From: Flavobacteriaceae bacterium
Lineage (GTDB): Bacteria > Bacteroidota > Bacteroidia > Flavobacteriales > Flavobacteriaceae
Reading direction: 5' to 3'
Assembly (NCBI GenBank): GCA_029247985.1
Contig: JAQWKF010000075.1
Coordinates: 1-43,759, forward strand
DNA: 43,759 bases
Shown here: piece by piece, positions 36,498 through 43,759 of the stretch
Layout of the letters: the number at the start of each line of letters is the position of its first letter
Position numbering within the stretch: position 1 is the stretch's first letter
Position numbers and translations under genes: made by a program
Notes under the pieces: model-generated
The model's database searches: none
What the model was told of the DNA's origin: nothing
Seen by the model: only the letters and a program-made list of their open reading frames with translations

Positions 36498-37111
36498 TTT
36501 TTTTTTGAGAGTTTTAACGTATTTTTTAAAATGGTACTACTAACACTTTTGGTGTAAGGTAAATATTCCACAGGGCAAGTCGTTTTCGGAAATCTGCCCT
36601 TCCAATCATCACCTACAGAAATAGCATCAATATTATGCAGATCAACTATTCGCTGTTTGTTTTTGTCGACTTGAGGGATTACCTTATCTACGCAACTAAT
36701 GGATTCAATTACTCTTAAACGCTCCTCAAAAGGAATGACAGGACGATTTCCTTTTTCTTTCTCTATAAGCTCATCAGTGGAAACTCCAACAATTAAAAAA
36801 TCGCACATTTGCTTAGATCGTTTCAAAATATTAAGATGACCGTAGTGAAAAATATCAAAACAACCAGAGGTATACATTCGTTTATAAGGTGTGCTGTTGT
36901 TGGACACTTCAAGACTAGCGCTAGGAATATCGTCAGACACAATATTAATTGAAACAGGGATGCTTAATACGGCTAAAATTGCTTTTAAAACCTCAAACAG
37001 TGAGTCGAAAGATTTCTGATTTGGGTTGTTAATGTGTAATGTACTCTCAGTAATTTCAAAACTCCAATTGGAATATTTTGACAATATGGGCTCTAATTTT
37101 TCTAGTTCCAT
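36494..37111 (-). CDS. cytidylyltransferase, TagD (glycerol-3-phosphate cytidylyltransferase)-like, with an N-terminal extension of about 75 aa
   Basis: The C-terminal ~130 aa align by eye to TagD: YTSGCFDIFHYGHLNIL (HxGH), VGVSTDE, VDKVIPQ, DAISVGDDWKG, YLPYTKSVSSTILK (RTxGISTT-like). Confidence 0.8.
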   Translation of the reverse strand: MELEKLEPILSKYSNWSFEITESTLHINNPNQKSFDSLFEVLKAILAVLSIPVSINIVSDDIPSASLEVSNNSTPYKRMYTSGCFDIFHYGHLNILKRSKQMCDFLIVGVSTDELIEKEKGNRPVIPFEERLRVIESISCVDKVIPQVDKNKQRIVDLHNIDAISVGDDWKGRFPKTTCPVEYLPYTKSVSSTILKNTLKLSKKN

Positions 37112-37192
37112 GTTTCTGAAAAAAATTCTTTACGACAACCGTAAAACTACAAAACAATGTGATGAGAAATAATAAATCTTACTTAATTATTG

Positions 37193-37222
37193 TTTGTTAA
37201 TGCTTTTTATACGTTAAATTTG
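37193..37222 (+). promoter_or_regulatory. Bacteroidota-type promoter for the + strand genes of the island
   Basis: TTTG (37193-37196), an 18-nt spacer, then TAAATTTG (37215-37222, TAnnTTTG). It ends 24 nt upstream of the ATG at 37247, in the divergent intergenic region. Confidence 0.4.
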
Positions 37223-37246
37223 ATAATCAAAATAGCGTAAAAATTA

Positions 37247-37927
37247 ATGAAAATTATCATTCTCGCCGCTGGGATTGGCTCTCGATTAGGAAATCCATTT
37301 CCAAAACCACTTACCCCTTTAAAAATTGGTAAAAGTATTATGGAGCTTCAGACCAATTACTTGTCATCGAAATTTGACATACATGCTATCCATGTAGTAG
37401 TAGGCTTTAAAAAAGATTTAATCATGGAGCGGTTCCCGCAATTGACATATGTATACAATCCCTTTTTTGACAGAACCAATACTTCAAAAAGCCTTTTGAA
37501 AGCCTTAAAGAAAAATCGAAATGAGTCTGTGCTCTGGTTAAATGGGGATGTTGTGTTTGATGAAAAAATTCTTGAAATTCTTGAACCACACATAAAAGAA
37601 AATGTTTCGTTTGTTGCGGTGAACACCAGTAAAGTAGCCGAGGAGGAAGTAAAATATACCTTAAAAAATAATTTTATATTAAAACTTTCAAAGGAAGTTT
37701 CTGGTGGTTTAGGTGAAGCAGTCGGCATAAATTTTATTTCATCAAATGATATAGATAATTTCATTTCAAGACTTGAAGAATGCGATGACAATGATTATTT
37801 TGAAAGAGGACTGGAATTAGCAATTGAAAAAGATGGCATTAAGGTTAAAGCAGTAGACATCTCTGCTTTTAATTGTATGGAGATTGATTTTTTAGATGAC
37901 TTAGAGAAAGTTAATAAAATGCTTTAA
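37247..37927 (+). CDS. LicC-like nucleotidyltransferase (phospho-alcohol / sugar-phosphate cytidylyltransferase family)
   Basis: MKIIILAAGIGSRLG..PKPL N-terminal NTP-transferase signature. Overall length and layout resemble LicC (CTP:phosphocholine cytidylyltransferase). Substrate cannot be told from sequence. Confidence 0.75.
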   Translation: MKIIILAAGIGSRLGNPFPKPLTPLKIGKSIMELQTNYLSSKFDIHAIHVVVGFKKDLIMERFPQLTYVYNPFFDRTNTSKSLLKALKKNRNESVLWLNGDVVFDEKILEILEPHIKENVSFVAVNTSKVAEEEVKYTLKNNFILKLSKEVSGGLGEAVGINFISSNDIDNFISRLEECDDNDYFERGLELAIEKDGIKVKAVDISAFNCMEIDFLDDLEKVNKML

Positions 37928-37930
37928 TCG

Positions 37931-39739
37931 ATGAAGTTTATTCTTTTTTGTCAAAACAATTACGCCTACGGGATCTTGAATCCAATCAAGCGGGTGATAA
38001 TTGAAAAAAAGTATTCATATCTATGGTATATACCCAAAAAACTAGTTAAAGATTTTCCTCATAAAGATGAAAACCACAGCTCGTCAATGTCTGAATTGGC
38101 AGAATTTAAAAGTGATATTATTTTTGTGCCTGGCAATCAAGTACCTTACTACTTAAGAGGGTTAAAAGTTCAGGTTTTTCATGGTTTTGCTGGAGAAAAA
38201 AAAGGGCATTTTAAAATTCGTCATTATTTTGATTTATATCTTACACAGGGGCCATTTTTTACTAAAAAGTTCAAATCACTACAACAAAAACATAAGAATT
38301 TTGAAGTAATAGAAACTGGATGGCCAAAGTTGGATGTTTTTGCAAAAAATAATGTTGCTTTTAATATTGAAAAAGAGAATTTATTAAAAAAATACAATGC
38401 GGAAACTATCATTTTATATGCTCCAACTTTTTCACCTAAGCTAACTTCTGCGCCCTATTTGGGAGCGCATTTAAAGCAATTGGCTCAAAATAAAAATTAC
38501 CTTATAGTCATAAAATTTCACCCATTAATGGATTTAAAATGGATTGAAACATATCGTACTATTGCTTCAAAACATCTTAATATTATTATCCAAGAAGATA
38601 AAAATATTGCAAAGCTTGTAGCCATTGCAGATTTAATGATTAGCGACACTTCCTCAGCTATTTATGAGTTCTTGCTATTGAACAAGCCTGTCGTTTCTTT
38701 TGGTAATATTTCAAAAAACATTCTTTGGGAAAATTCCAAAAGCTATAGCGCACTACCAGAACTTGTTAGCAAGAATCTTCAAAAAGATCCTTTTGCCGAA
38801 GAACGTAAAGTTATTTTTGACTTATTTCATCCATATAATGATGGTAAATCAGCTGAAAGAATGGTAGATGCATCCATTGAATATATTAACAAACACGGCA
38901 TTCCAAATAACAGAAAACTACCCTACACAAGAACGCTTAAAATAAACGCAATGTTTGGAGCTGCGCCTAGCACAAAAAACAAACCTGCAAAACTTACCGC
39001 ATTGATTACTTGCGGTAATGAAATTCATAACATTGAAGCTGTAATTAAGTCCGTAGATTTTGCAGATGAAATACTGGTAGCTGACAGTTACAGTTCCGAC
39101 GGAACCTATGAAAAGGCTTTAGAAATGGCCTCTAAAGTCATCCGCAGAGAATATGAGTACGCTGCATCTCAAAAGAATTGGGCAATTCCTCAAGCGTCTC
39201 ATGAATGGATTTTGCTCGTTGATGCTGATGAAAGAGTAACTCCTGAGCTAAGAGAAGAGATATTGAGCATTTTAAAGAACCCTCCAAGCAATATTGTTGG
39301 TTATTGGATTGGAAGAAGAAATTACTTTATGGGAAAGCGAATTTATTACAGCGGTTGGAAAAACGATAAGGTCATACGCTTATTTAAAGGAGCACACTGT
39401 CGCTATGAAGACAAATATGTTCATGAAGAAATTAACGCTAGCGGAGCTATCGGAAGCTTATATCACAAATTTGAACACAATACTTTTGTTACTCTTAATG
39501 ACTACATTGAAAAAATGAATCGCTACGCTGATTATCAAGCTAAAGACTACGACAAAAAAACAGGGAAGCTAAACCCTTACCATTTTGTATTAAAACCCAT
39601 TTGGAGATTTTTAAAACACTACTTTATTCAAGGCGGTTTTCTAGATGGAGTTGCAGGTCTAAGCATTGCGTATATTCAATCTTATGCTGTATTTATGCGA
39701 TATGTAAAATTATGGCTTCTACGAAAAGGCACGAAGTAA
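37931..39739 (+). CDS. fusion protein: TagB/TagF-like CDP-glycerol glycerophosphotransferase domain + family 2 glycosyltransferase domain
   Basis: The N-terminal ~330 aa carry IILYAPTFSPK, IKFHPLM and ADLMISDTSSAIYEFLLLNKPVV (Glyphos_transf pattern). From about nt 38990 the C-terminal part carries LTALITCGNEIHNIEAVIKSVDFADEILVADSYSSDGT ... LLVDADERV, a GT2 (WaaE/KdtX-like) pattern with a DxD. Confidence 0.8.
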   Translation: MKFILFCQNNYAYGILNPIKRVIIEKKYSYLWYIPKKLVKDFPHKDENHSSSMSELAEFKSDIIFVPGNQVPYYLRGLKVQVFHGFAGEKKGHFKIRHYFDLYLTQGPFFTKKFKSLQQKHKNFEVIETGWPKLDVFAKNNVAFNIEKENLLKKYNAETIILYAPTFSPKLTSAPYLGAHLKQLAQNKNYLIVIKFHPLMDLKWIETYRTIASKHLNIIIQEDKNIAKLVAIADLMISDTSSAIYEFLLLNKPVVSFGNISKNILWENSKSYSALPELVSKNLQKDPFAEERKVIFDLFHPYNDGKSAERMVDASIEYINKHGIPNNRKLPYTRTLKINAMFGAAPSTKNKPAKLTALITCGNEIHNIEAVIKSVDFADEILVADSYSSDGTYEKALEMASKVIRREYEYAASQKNWAIPQASHEWILLVDADERVTPELREEILSILKNPPSNIVGYWIGRRNYFMGKRIYYSGWKNDKVIRLFKGAHCRYEDKYVHEEINASGAIGSLYHKFEHNTFVTLNDYIEKMNRYADYQAKDYDKKTGKLNPYHFVLKPIWRFLKHYFIQGGFLDGVAGLSIAYIQSYAVFMRYVKLWLLRKGTK

Positions 39740-40707
39740 TTAAAAAGTTAAAATCAGTGGATAACAATCATATACCAATAGATGCTGTCATAACATGGGT
39801 TGACAATGGTGATGCAAAGCATTTAGAAAAGATTTTAAAATATATACCCAAGGCTCAGAACGAAAGACGAAAAAAACTTAAAAAGCAACTAATTGAAGTT
39901 GAAGAATTAAAATACGTTGTGCACTCCATAATAAAATATGCACCGTTTATTCGTACGATTTATATTGTGACTGATAATCAATGCCCAAAATTTTTAAAAA
40001 AGAGTGATGAAAGGTATACCAAAGTAAAGATTATTGATCACAAGGATATTTTTAAAGACGATGCCGCTTATCTTCCTGTATTTAACTCTAGGAGTATTGA
40101 AACAAAACTTTATGATATACCCAATCTTTCAGAACACTTCATCTATTTTAATGACGATATATTTATACTAAAACCTTTGGATCAAACTCATTTCTTCCGT
40201 GAGGGACTTCCCGTAATTAGGGGGAAATGGGAAAAGTTTAAAGATGATAAATTCTACAAGAAATTTACTACAAAAAAAGAAGATACAAAACCTAAACACG
40301 GCTTGGCGCAAGACCTAAGTGCAAAAACAATTGGATTCAAAAAGGTCTTTAGATTTCAGCACACGCCAATACCTATTAGAAAAAAGGTGTTAAAAGATTT
40401 TTTTGAGCAAAATCGAAAGCTCGAAATAAAAAATATAAAGCATAAATTTCGACACAAAGAACAGTTTCTTATTCAAGGCATTGCCAATCACATTGAAATC
40501 AAAAACAAAAGTGGCATCATGCTTCAGGATTATCAACTCGTAAATATCACATCACACAAAAAAAAGATTATTTGGCTATATTTCAAGCTACATGTTCTAG
40601 CAAATAAACAGAATAAACTGTTTTTAAATATCCAAAAATTAAATCTTTACAAAGAGGCAAATAAAAAATTTGTCTTGGAGTGGTTAGAGAAAAAATACAA
40701 ACTGTAA
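39712..40707 (+). CDS. Stealth family (CR1-CR4) hexose-1-phosphate transferase
   Basis: From the ATG at 39712: IDAVITWVDNGD (CR1), ELKYVVHSIIKYAPFIRTIYIVTDNQCPKFL (CR2), LPVFNSRSIETKLYDIPNLSEHFIYFNDDIF (CR3). The 5' 111 nt of track ORF 39601.. lie inside the previous gene and are not counted. Confidence 0.8.
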   Translation: MASTKRHEVIKKLKSVDNNHIPIDAVITWVDNGDAKHLEKILKYIPKAQNERRKKLKKQLIEVEELKYVVHSIIKYAPFIRTIYIVTDNQCPKFLKKSDERYTKVKIIDHKDIFKDDAAYLPVFNSRSIETKLYDIPNLSEHFIYFNDDIFILKPLDQTHFFREGLPVIRGKWEKFKDDKFYKKFTTKKEDTKPKHGLAQDLSAKTIGFKKVFRFQHTPIPIRKKVLKDFFEQNRKLEIKNIKHKFRHKEQFLIQGIANHIEIKNKSGIMLQDYQLVNITSHKKKIIWLYFKLHVLANKQNKLFLNIQKLNLYKEANKKFVLEWLEKKYKL

Positions 40708-40713
40708 AAAAAC

Positions 40714-41472
40714 ATGAAAATATTCCCATTTTACTATATCAAAAAACTATACAAACTCAAGTACTTAACACATAAGTACCTCCTCAAAACCACCAAGCCC
40801 ATAAAATCAGTTTATGACGTGTATTTAACGCCTAATTTTTATGACACTACCTTCATGTATTACTTTAAGGGAACCTATGGTTTTTTTCTTAGTGATTTTA
40901 TAAAAAATATATCATCCGCAACTACCTTTATCGACATTGGAGCCAATCAAGGTTTATTTAGTATTCTAGCTGGAAAAAATGAACATATAAAGCAGATCAT
41001 CGCATTCGAGCCAACAAAAAGAACAGCTAACTTATTACGTGCCAATTTGGCTTATAACAAAATTGAAAATTGCCTTGTCGTGGAGAAGGGCATTTCTGAC
41101 AAACGAGGTTTCTTGAATTTGAATGTAGCACATGGACACTCTGGAAAAAACACCTTTAGAACAAACAACTTAGATAAAAATATCGTTAGCGAAAAAGTTG
41201 AAATAACAAATCATGAGGATATTGAATTGCTCTTTCAAGAAAACACAAATTATGTCATAAAAATTGATGTCGAAGGGCATGAAGAAATTGTAATAAATGA
41301 ACTTACGAAATGTTCCTTTATTCAAAATGTGTCTTATATTTTTTGCGAAATTGACTCCAATTGGGTGGATGTAGAACGCCTTAAGAAAAAGCTCACTTCA
41401 GTTGGCTTTACTACATTCAAAAAAATTGGTAAAGGCTCTATTCATTATGATATGCTAATTTCAAAAAATTAA
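40714..41472 (+). CDS. FkbM family methyltransferase
   Basis: FIDIGANQGLFSILAG ... IIAFEP (SAM-binding Methyltransf_21 pattern), IKIDVEGHE. Confidence 0.75.
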   Translation: MKIFPFYYIKKLYKLKYLTHKYLLKTTKPIKSVYDVYLTPNFYDTTFMYYFKGTYGFFLSDFIKNISSATTFIDIGANQGLFSILAGKNEHIKQIIAFEPTKRTANLLRANLAYNKIENCLVVEKGISDKRGFLNLNVAHGHSGKNTFRTNNLDKNIVSEKVEITNHEDIELLFQENTNYVIKIDVEGHEEIVINELTKCSFIQNVSYIFCEIDSNWVDVERLKKKLTSVGFTTFKKIGKGSIHYDMLISKN

Positions 41473-41482
41473 GTTTAAGCTT

Positions 41483-42043
41483 ATGTACGCGGGCAATATA
41501 GTCAATGTGTTTTCCGATTATCTTGAGGATAGCAAAACCCTCCTCTACCCCACGGACACCATCTGGGGGCTGGGTTGTGATGCTACAAATCAAGAGGCTG
41601 TAAATCGCATCTATACCCTCAAAAAACGACCAAAAAACAAACCCCTAATTGCGTTGGTTTCAGACATTAAAATGCTGGCGCAATATATTGAAACACTGCC
41701 CATTGAGATAGACAAACTGTTAGCAAGCGAGCTACCCACCACCATTGTTTACCCAAATGGAAAAGGACTAGCAAAAGGCGTAATTGCACAAAATGGCAGT
41801 GTAGCCATTCGTATTCCCGCAGCCGGTTTTGCTCTTGATTTAATCAAATCCTTTGGCAAACCCATAGTAAGTACCTCTGCAAATATCAGTGATGCACCTA
41901 TTCCAGAAAGCTTTGACGAAATAGATCCGCATATTTTGGCGCAAGTAGACGAAGTAGTACCTTTGGACAAAGAAAAAGTAGCGCGTATTCCATCACGAGT
42001 ATTCCAAATTATGCCCGATGGTAGTGTGAAGCAGTTGCGATGA
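41483..42043 (+). CDS. tsaC: L-threonylcarbamoyladenylate synthase (YrdC/TsaC)
   Basis: LLYPTDTIWGLGCDATNQEAVNRIYTLKKRPKNKPL and VSTSANISD motifs. Confidence 0.85.
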   Translation: MYAGNIVNVFSDYLEDSKTLLYPTDTIWGLGCDATNQEAVNRIYTLKKRPKNKPLIALVSDIKMLAQYIETLPIEIDKLLASELPTTIVYPNGKGLAKGVIAQNGSVAIRIPAAGFALDLIKSFGKPIVSTSANISDAPIPESFDEIDPHILAQVDEVVPLDKEKVARIPSRVFQIMPDGSVKQLR

Positions 42044-43473
42044 AAACCATAGAATCCCTTATCGAAAAAGCACTTGTACCAGTCGTGTTTGGTCATCTTC
42101 AAAAAGCAGCCGATGCATTAGGTGTTGAAAGCTATGTCATAGGAGGGTATGTAAGAGACACTTTCCTCAACCGTCCTAGGGGTCATGATATTGACATCGT
42201 AGCGGTTGGCAGTGGAATTGCACTTGCCAAAAAAGTAGCTGAGCTATTACCCGGAAAAAACAACATTCAAGTTTTTAAGAACTACGGTACTGCCATGATC
42301 AAATGGCAAAACATTCAATTGGAATTTGTCGGAGCAAGAAAAGAAAGTTATGACAATGAGAGTCGCAACCCCATAGTGGAGAATGGAACCCTTGAAGACG
42401 ACCAAAACAGGCGTGATTTTACTGTTAATGCATTAGCCCTTAAACTTAATAAAGAAGGTTTTGGCAAACTGCTAGACCCTTTTAATGGCATGCAAGATTT
42501 GACCGCAAAAGTCTTGCGAACTCCGCTAGATCCGGACATTACCTACAGCGACGATCCCCTACGAATGCTCCGAGCAGTGCGCTTTGCCACCCAACTCGAC
42601 TTTGCAATTGATAAAGCTTCGCTTTTATCTATTAAAAAAAACAACGTGCGTATCGATATACTGTCTAAAGAACGTGTTATTGAGGAAGTGCATAAGATAT
42701 TAGCCGCGCCTGTGCCCTCTACCGGTCTGTTGTTATTGGATCAATTGGGGTTATTGGAACGCATACTACCTGAAATTACAGCTCTCAAAGGAATTGAAGA
42801 GGTTGAAGGACAAAGTCATAAGGATAACTTCTACCACACTTTTGAAGTAGTGGATAACATCTGTGCCTATACAGAAAACCTTTGGTTGCGTTGGGCAGCA
42901 TTGTTACACGATATTGGCAAAGCACCCACGAAAAAATTCGACAAAAAAGTGGGCTGGACTTTTCACGCACACGAGTTTGTCGGAGCCAAAATGGTGTATA
43001 AGCTTTTTAAACGTATGCGTATGCCCTTGAACGACAAAATGAAATACGTTCAAAAACTGGTTTACATGAGTTCAAGACCTATTGTCATTTCTGAAGATCA
43101 TGTCACCGATTCAGCGGTGCGAAGACTTATTTTTGATGCGGGTGAGCTGTTGGAAGATTTACTTTTGCTCTGCAAGGCAGACATCACTACAAAAAATCCA
43201 AAACGATTTGCGAAGTATCACAACAACTTTGACATCGTCAAAGCAAAGATTGAAGAAGTAGAAGCACGTGACCATGTGCGAAACTTTCAACCCCCCGTCA
43301 CAGGTGAGGAAATCATGCGTATTTTTGCATTGAAGCCTTGCAGACAAGTGGGCGAACTCAAAGAGGCAATTAAAGAAGCTATTCTCGAGGGTGTTATTCC
43401 AAACGAATACGAAGCTGCACATGATTTTATGCTAACAAAAGCCAAAACCATGGGATTATCCCCTACTTCATGA
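42040..43473 (+). CDS. CCA-adding enzyme / poly(A) polymerase family tRNA nucleotidyltransferase with an HD domain
   Basis: GGYVRD....DIDIV head motif, RRDFTVNALA, DPLRMLRAVRFA, and HD region LLHDIGK. Confidence 0.85.
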   Translation: MKTIESLIEKALVPVVFGHLQKAADALGVESYVIGGYVRDTFLNRPRGHDIDIVAVGSGIALAKKVAELLPGKNNIQVFKNYGTAMIKWQNIQLEFVGARKESYDNESRNPIVENGTLEDDQNRRDFTVNALALKLNKEGFGKLLDPFNGMQDLTAKVLRTPLDPDITYSDDPLRMLRAVRFATQLDFAIDKASLLSIKKNNVRIDILSKERVIEEVHKILAAPVPSTGLLLLDQLGLLERILPEITALKGIEEVEGQSHKDNFYHTFEVVDNICAYTENLWLRWAALLHDIGKAPTKKFDKKVGWTFHAHEFVGAKMVYKLFKRMRMPLNDKMKYVQKLVYMSSRPIVISEDHVTDSAVRRLIFDAGELLEDLLLLCKADITTKNPKRFAKYHNNFDIVKAKIEEVEARDHVRNFQPPVTGEEIMRIFALKPCRQVGELKEAIKEAILEGVIPNEYEAAHDFMLTKAKTMGLSPTS

Positions 43474-43759
43474 TGTATAAACAACTACAACGCTGGACGC
43501 GGATATCGCTTATTATCGTTTACCTTGTTATTGCAGCAGGTGCAACGGTACGGATGACCGGTAGTGGCATGGGATGCCCAGATTGGCCGAAGTGCTTTGG
43601 CTACCTCATTCCACCTACAAACGAAGCACAGCTGCAATGGAAACCAAACACCAAGTACAGTGAAGGAAATGTGATTATAGACAATGAAAGACTACTAGTA
43701 GCCTCCACATCCTTTACAACCACCGATCGTTTTAATATCGCTATGTGGGAGCCCTATAC
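43470..43759 (+). CDS. ctaA: heme A synthase (COX15/CtaA family), N-terminal fragment (runs off window)
   Basis: My own translation from the ATG at 43470 gives MMYKQLQRWTRISLIIVYLVIAAGATVRMTGSGMGCPDWPKCFG, the CtaA N-terminal signature. It overlaps the upstream stop (ATGA). Confidence 0.75.
   Translation, partial: MMYKQLQRWTRISLIIVYLVIAAGATVRMTGSGMGCPDWPKCFGYLIPPTNEAQLQWKPNTKYSEGNVIIDNERLLVASTSFTTTDRFNIAMWEPY

Noticed and set aside
39655-39662. An AGGTCTAA match near the Stealth gene start, which might have linked the island to the ECF regulon.
   Set aside because: There is no AAAC element at the 16-nt spacing; the nearest AAAC is 38 nt upstream. The site lies inside coding sequence. A similar isolated GGTCTAA at 16377 within the cysteine desulfurase gene also fails the spacing test.
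39601-39711. The 5' extension of the Stealth ORF (MEIFKTLLYSRRFSRWSCRSKHC...) in the six-frame track.
   Set aside because: It lies inside the 3' end of the well-supported TagF-GT2 gene and encodes Cys/Arg/Ser-rich sequence with no homology signal. The conserved Stealth CR1 begins shortly after the ATG at 39712, so the shorter gene is preferred.
1-43759. A search for CRISPR arrays, long direct or tandem repeats, IS elements, integrases and toxin-antitoxin pairs.
   Set aside because: I saw no regularly spaced repeats, transposase or integrase-like ORFs, or small paired ORFs of toxin-antitoxin type. Intergenic regions are short and mostly under 150 nt.

Overview
This window reads as a Bacteroidota chromosome, most likely Flavobacteriia. 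Supporting signs are the DUF4290-murA pair, TAnnTTTG-type -7 boxes, the absence of obvious Shine-Dalgarno sequences, a Fur-like gene next to purA, and an OstA-like gene. It is densely coding, with about 50 CDS, many joined by ATGA/TAATG start-stop overlaps, plus one tRNA-Met and one candidate structured RNA.

Most genes are housekeeping: murA (partial), a RecQ-like helicase, fmt, a RelA/SpoT enzyme, purA, aroE, def, ruvX, mazG, dapD, tsaC, a CCA-adding enzyme and ctaA (partial).

Four regions stand out:
1. An AT-rich block of about 5.6 kb at 35.9-41.5 kb sits between dapD and tsaC. It packs three different phosphodiester-forming transferase families (LicD, a TagF-like enzyme fused to a GT2, and Stealth), two cytidylyltransferases and an FkbM methyltransferase. 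It has no exporter, priming transferase or polymerase. I read it as a teichoic-acid-like phospho-decoration module in a Gram-negative, and it is the best candidate for a poorly described system here.
2. An ECF sigma / anti-sigma / Spy-like / outer-membrane protein module carries the same promoter-like motif (AAAC-N16-GGTCTAA) twice at identical spacing.
3. A roughly 170-nt nested inverted-repeat element lies immediately downstream of zapA, the position of 6S RNA in E. coli.
4. Two DUF368 paralogues sit in tandem and are translationally coupled to aroE.

I saw no CRISPR array, transposase, integrase or prophage gene. All family assignments come from motif recognition by eye, not from searches.
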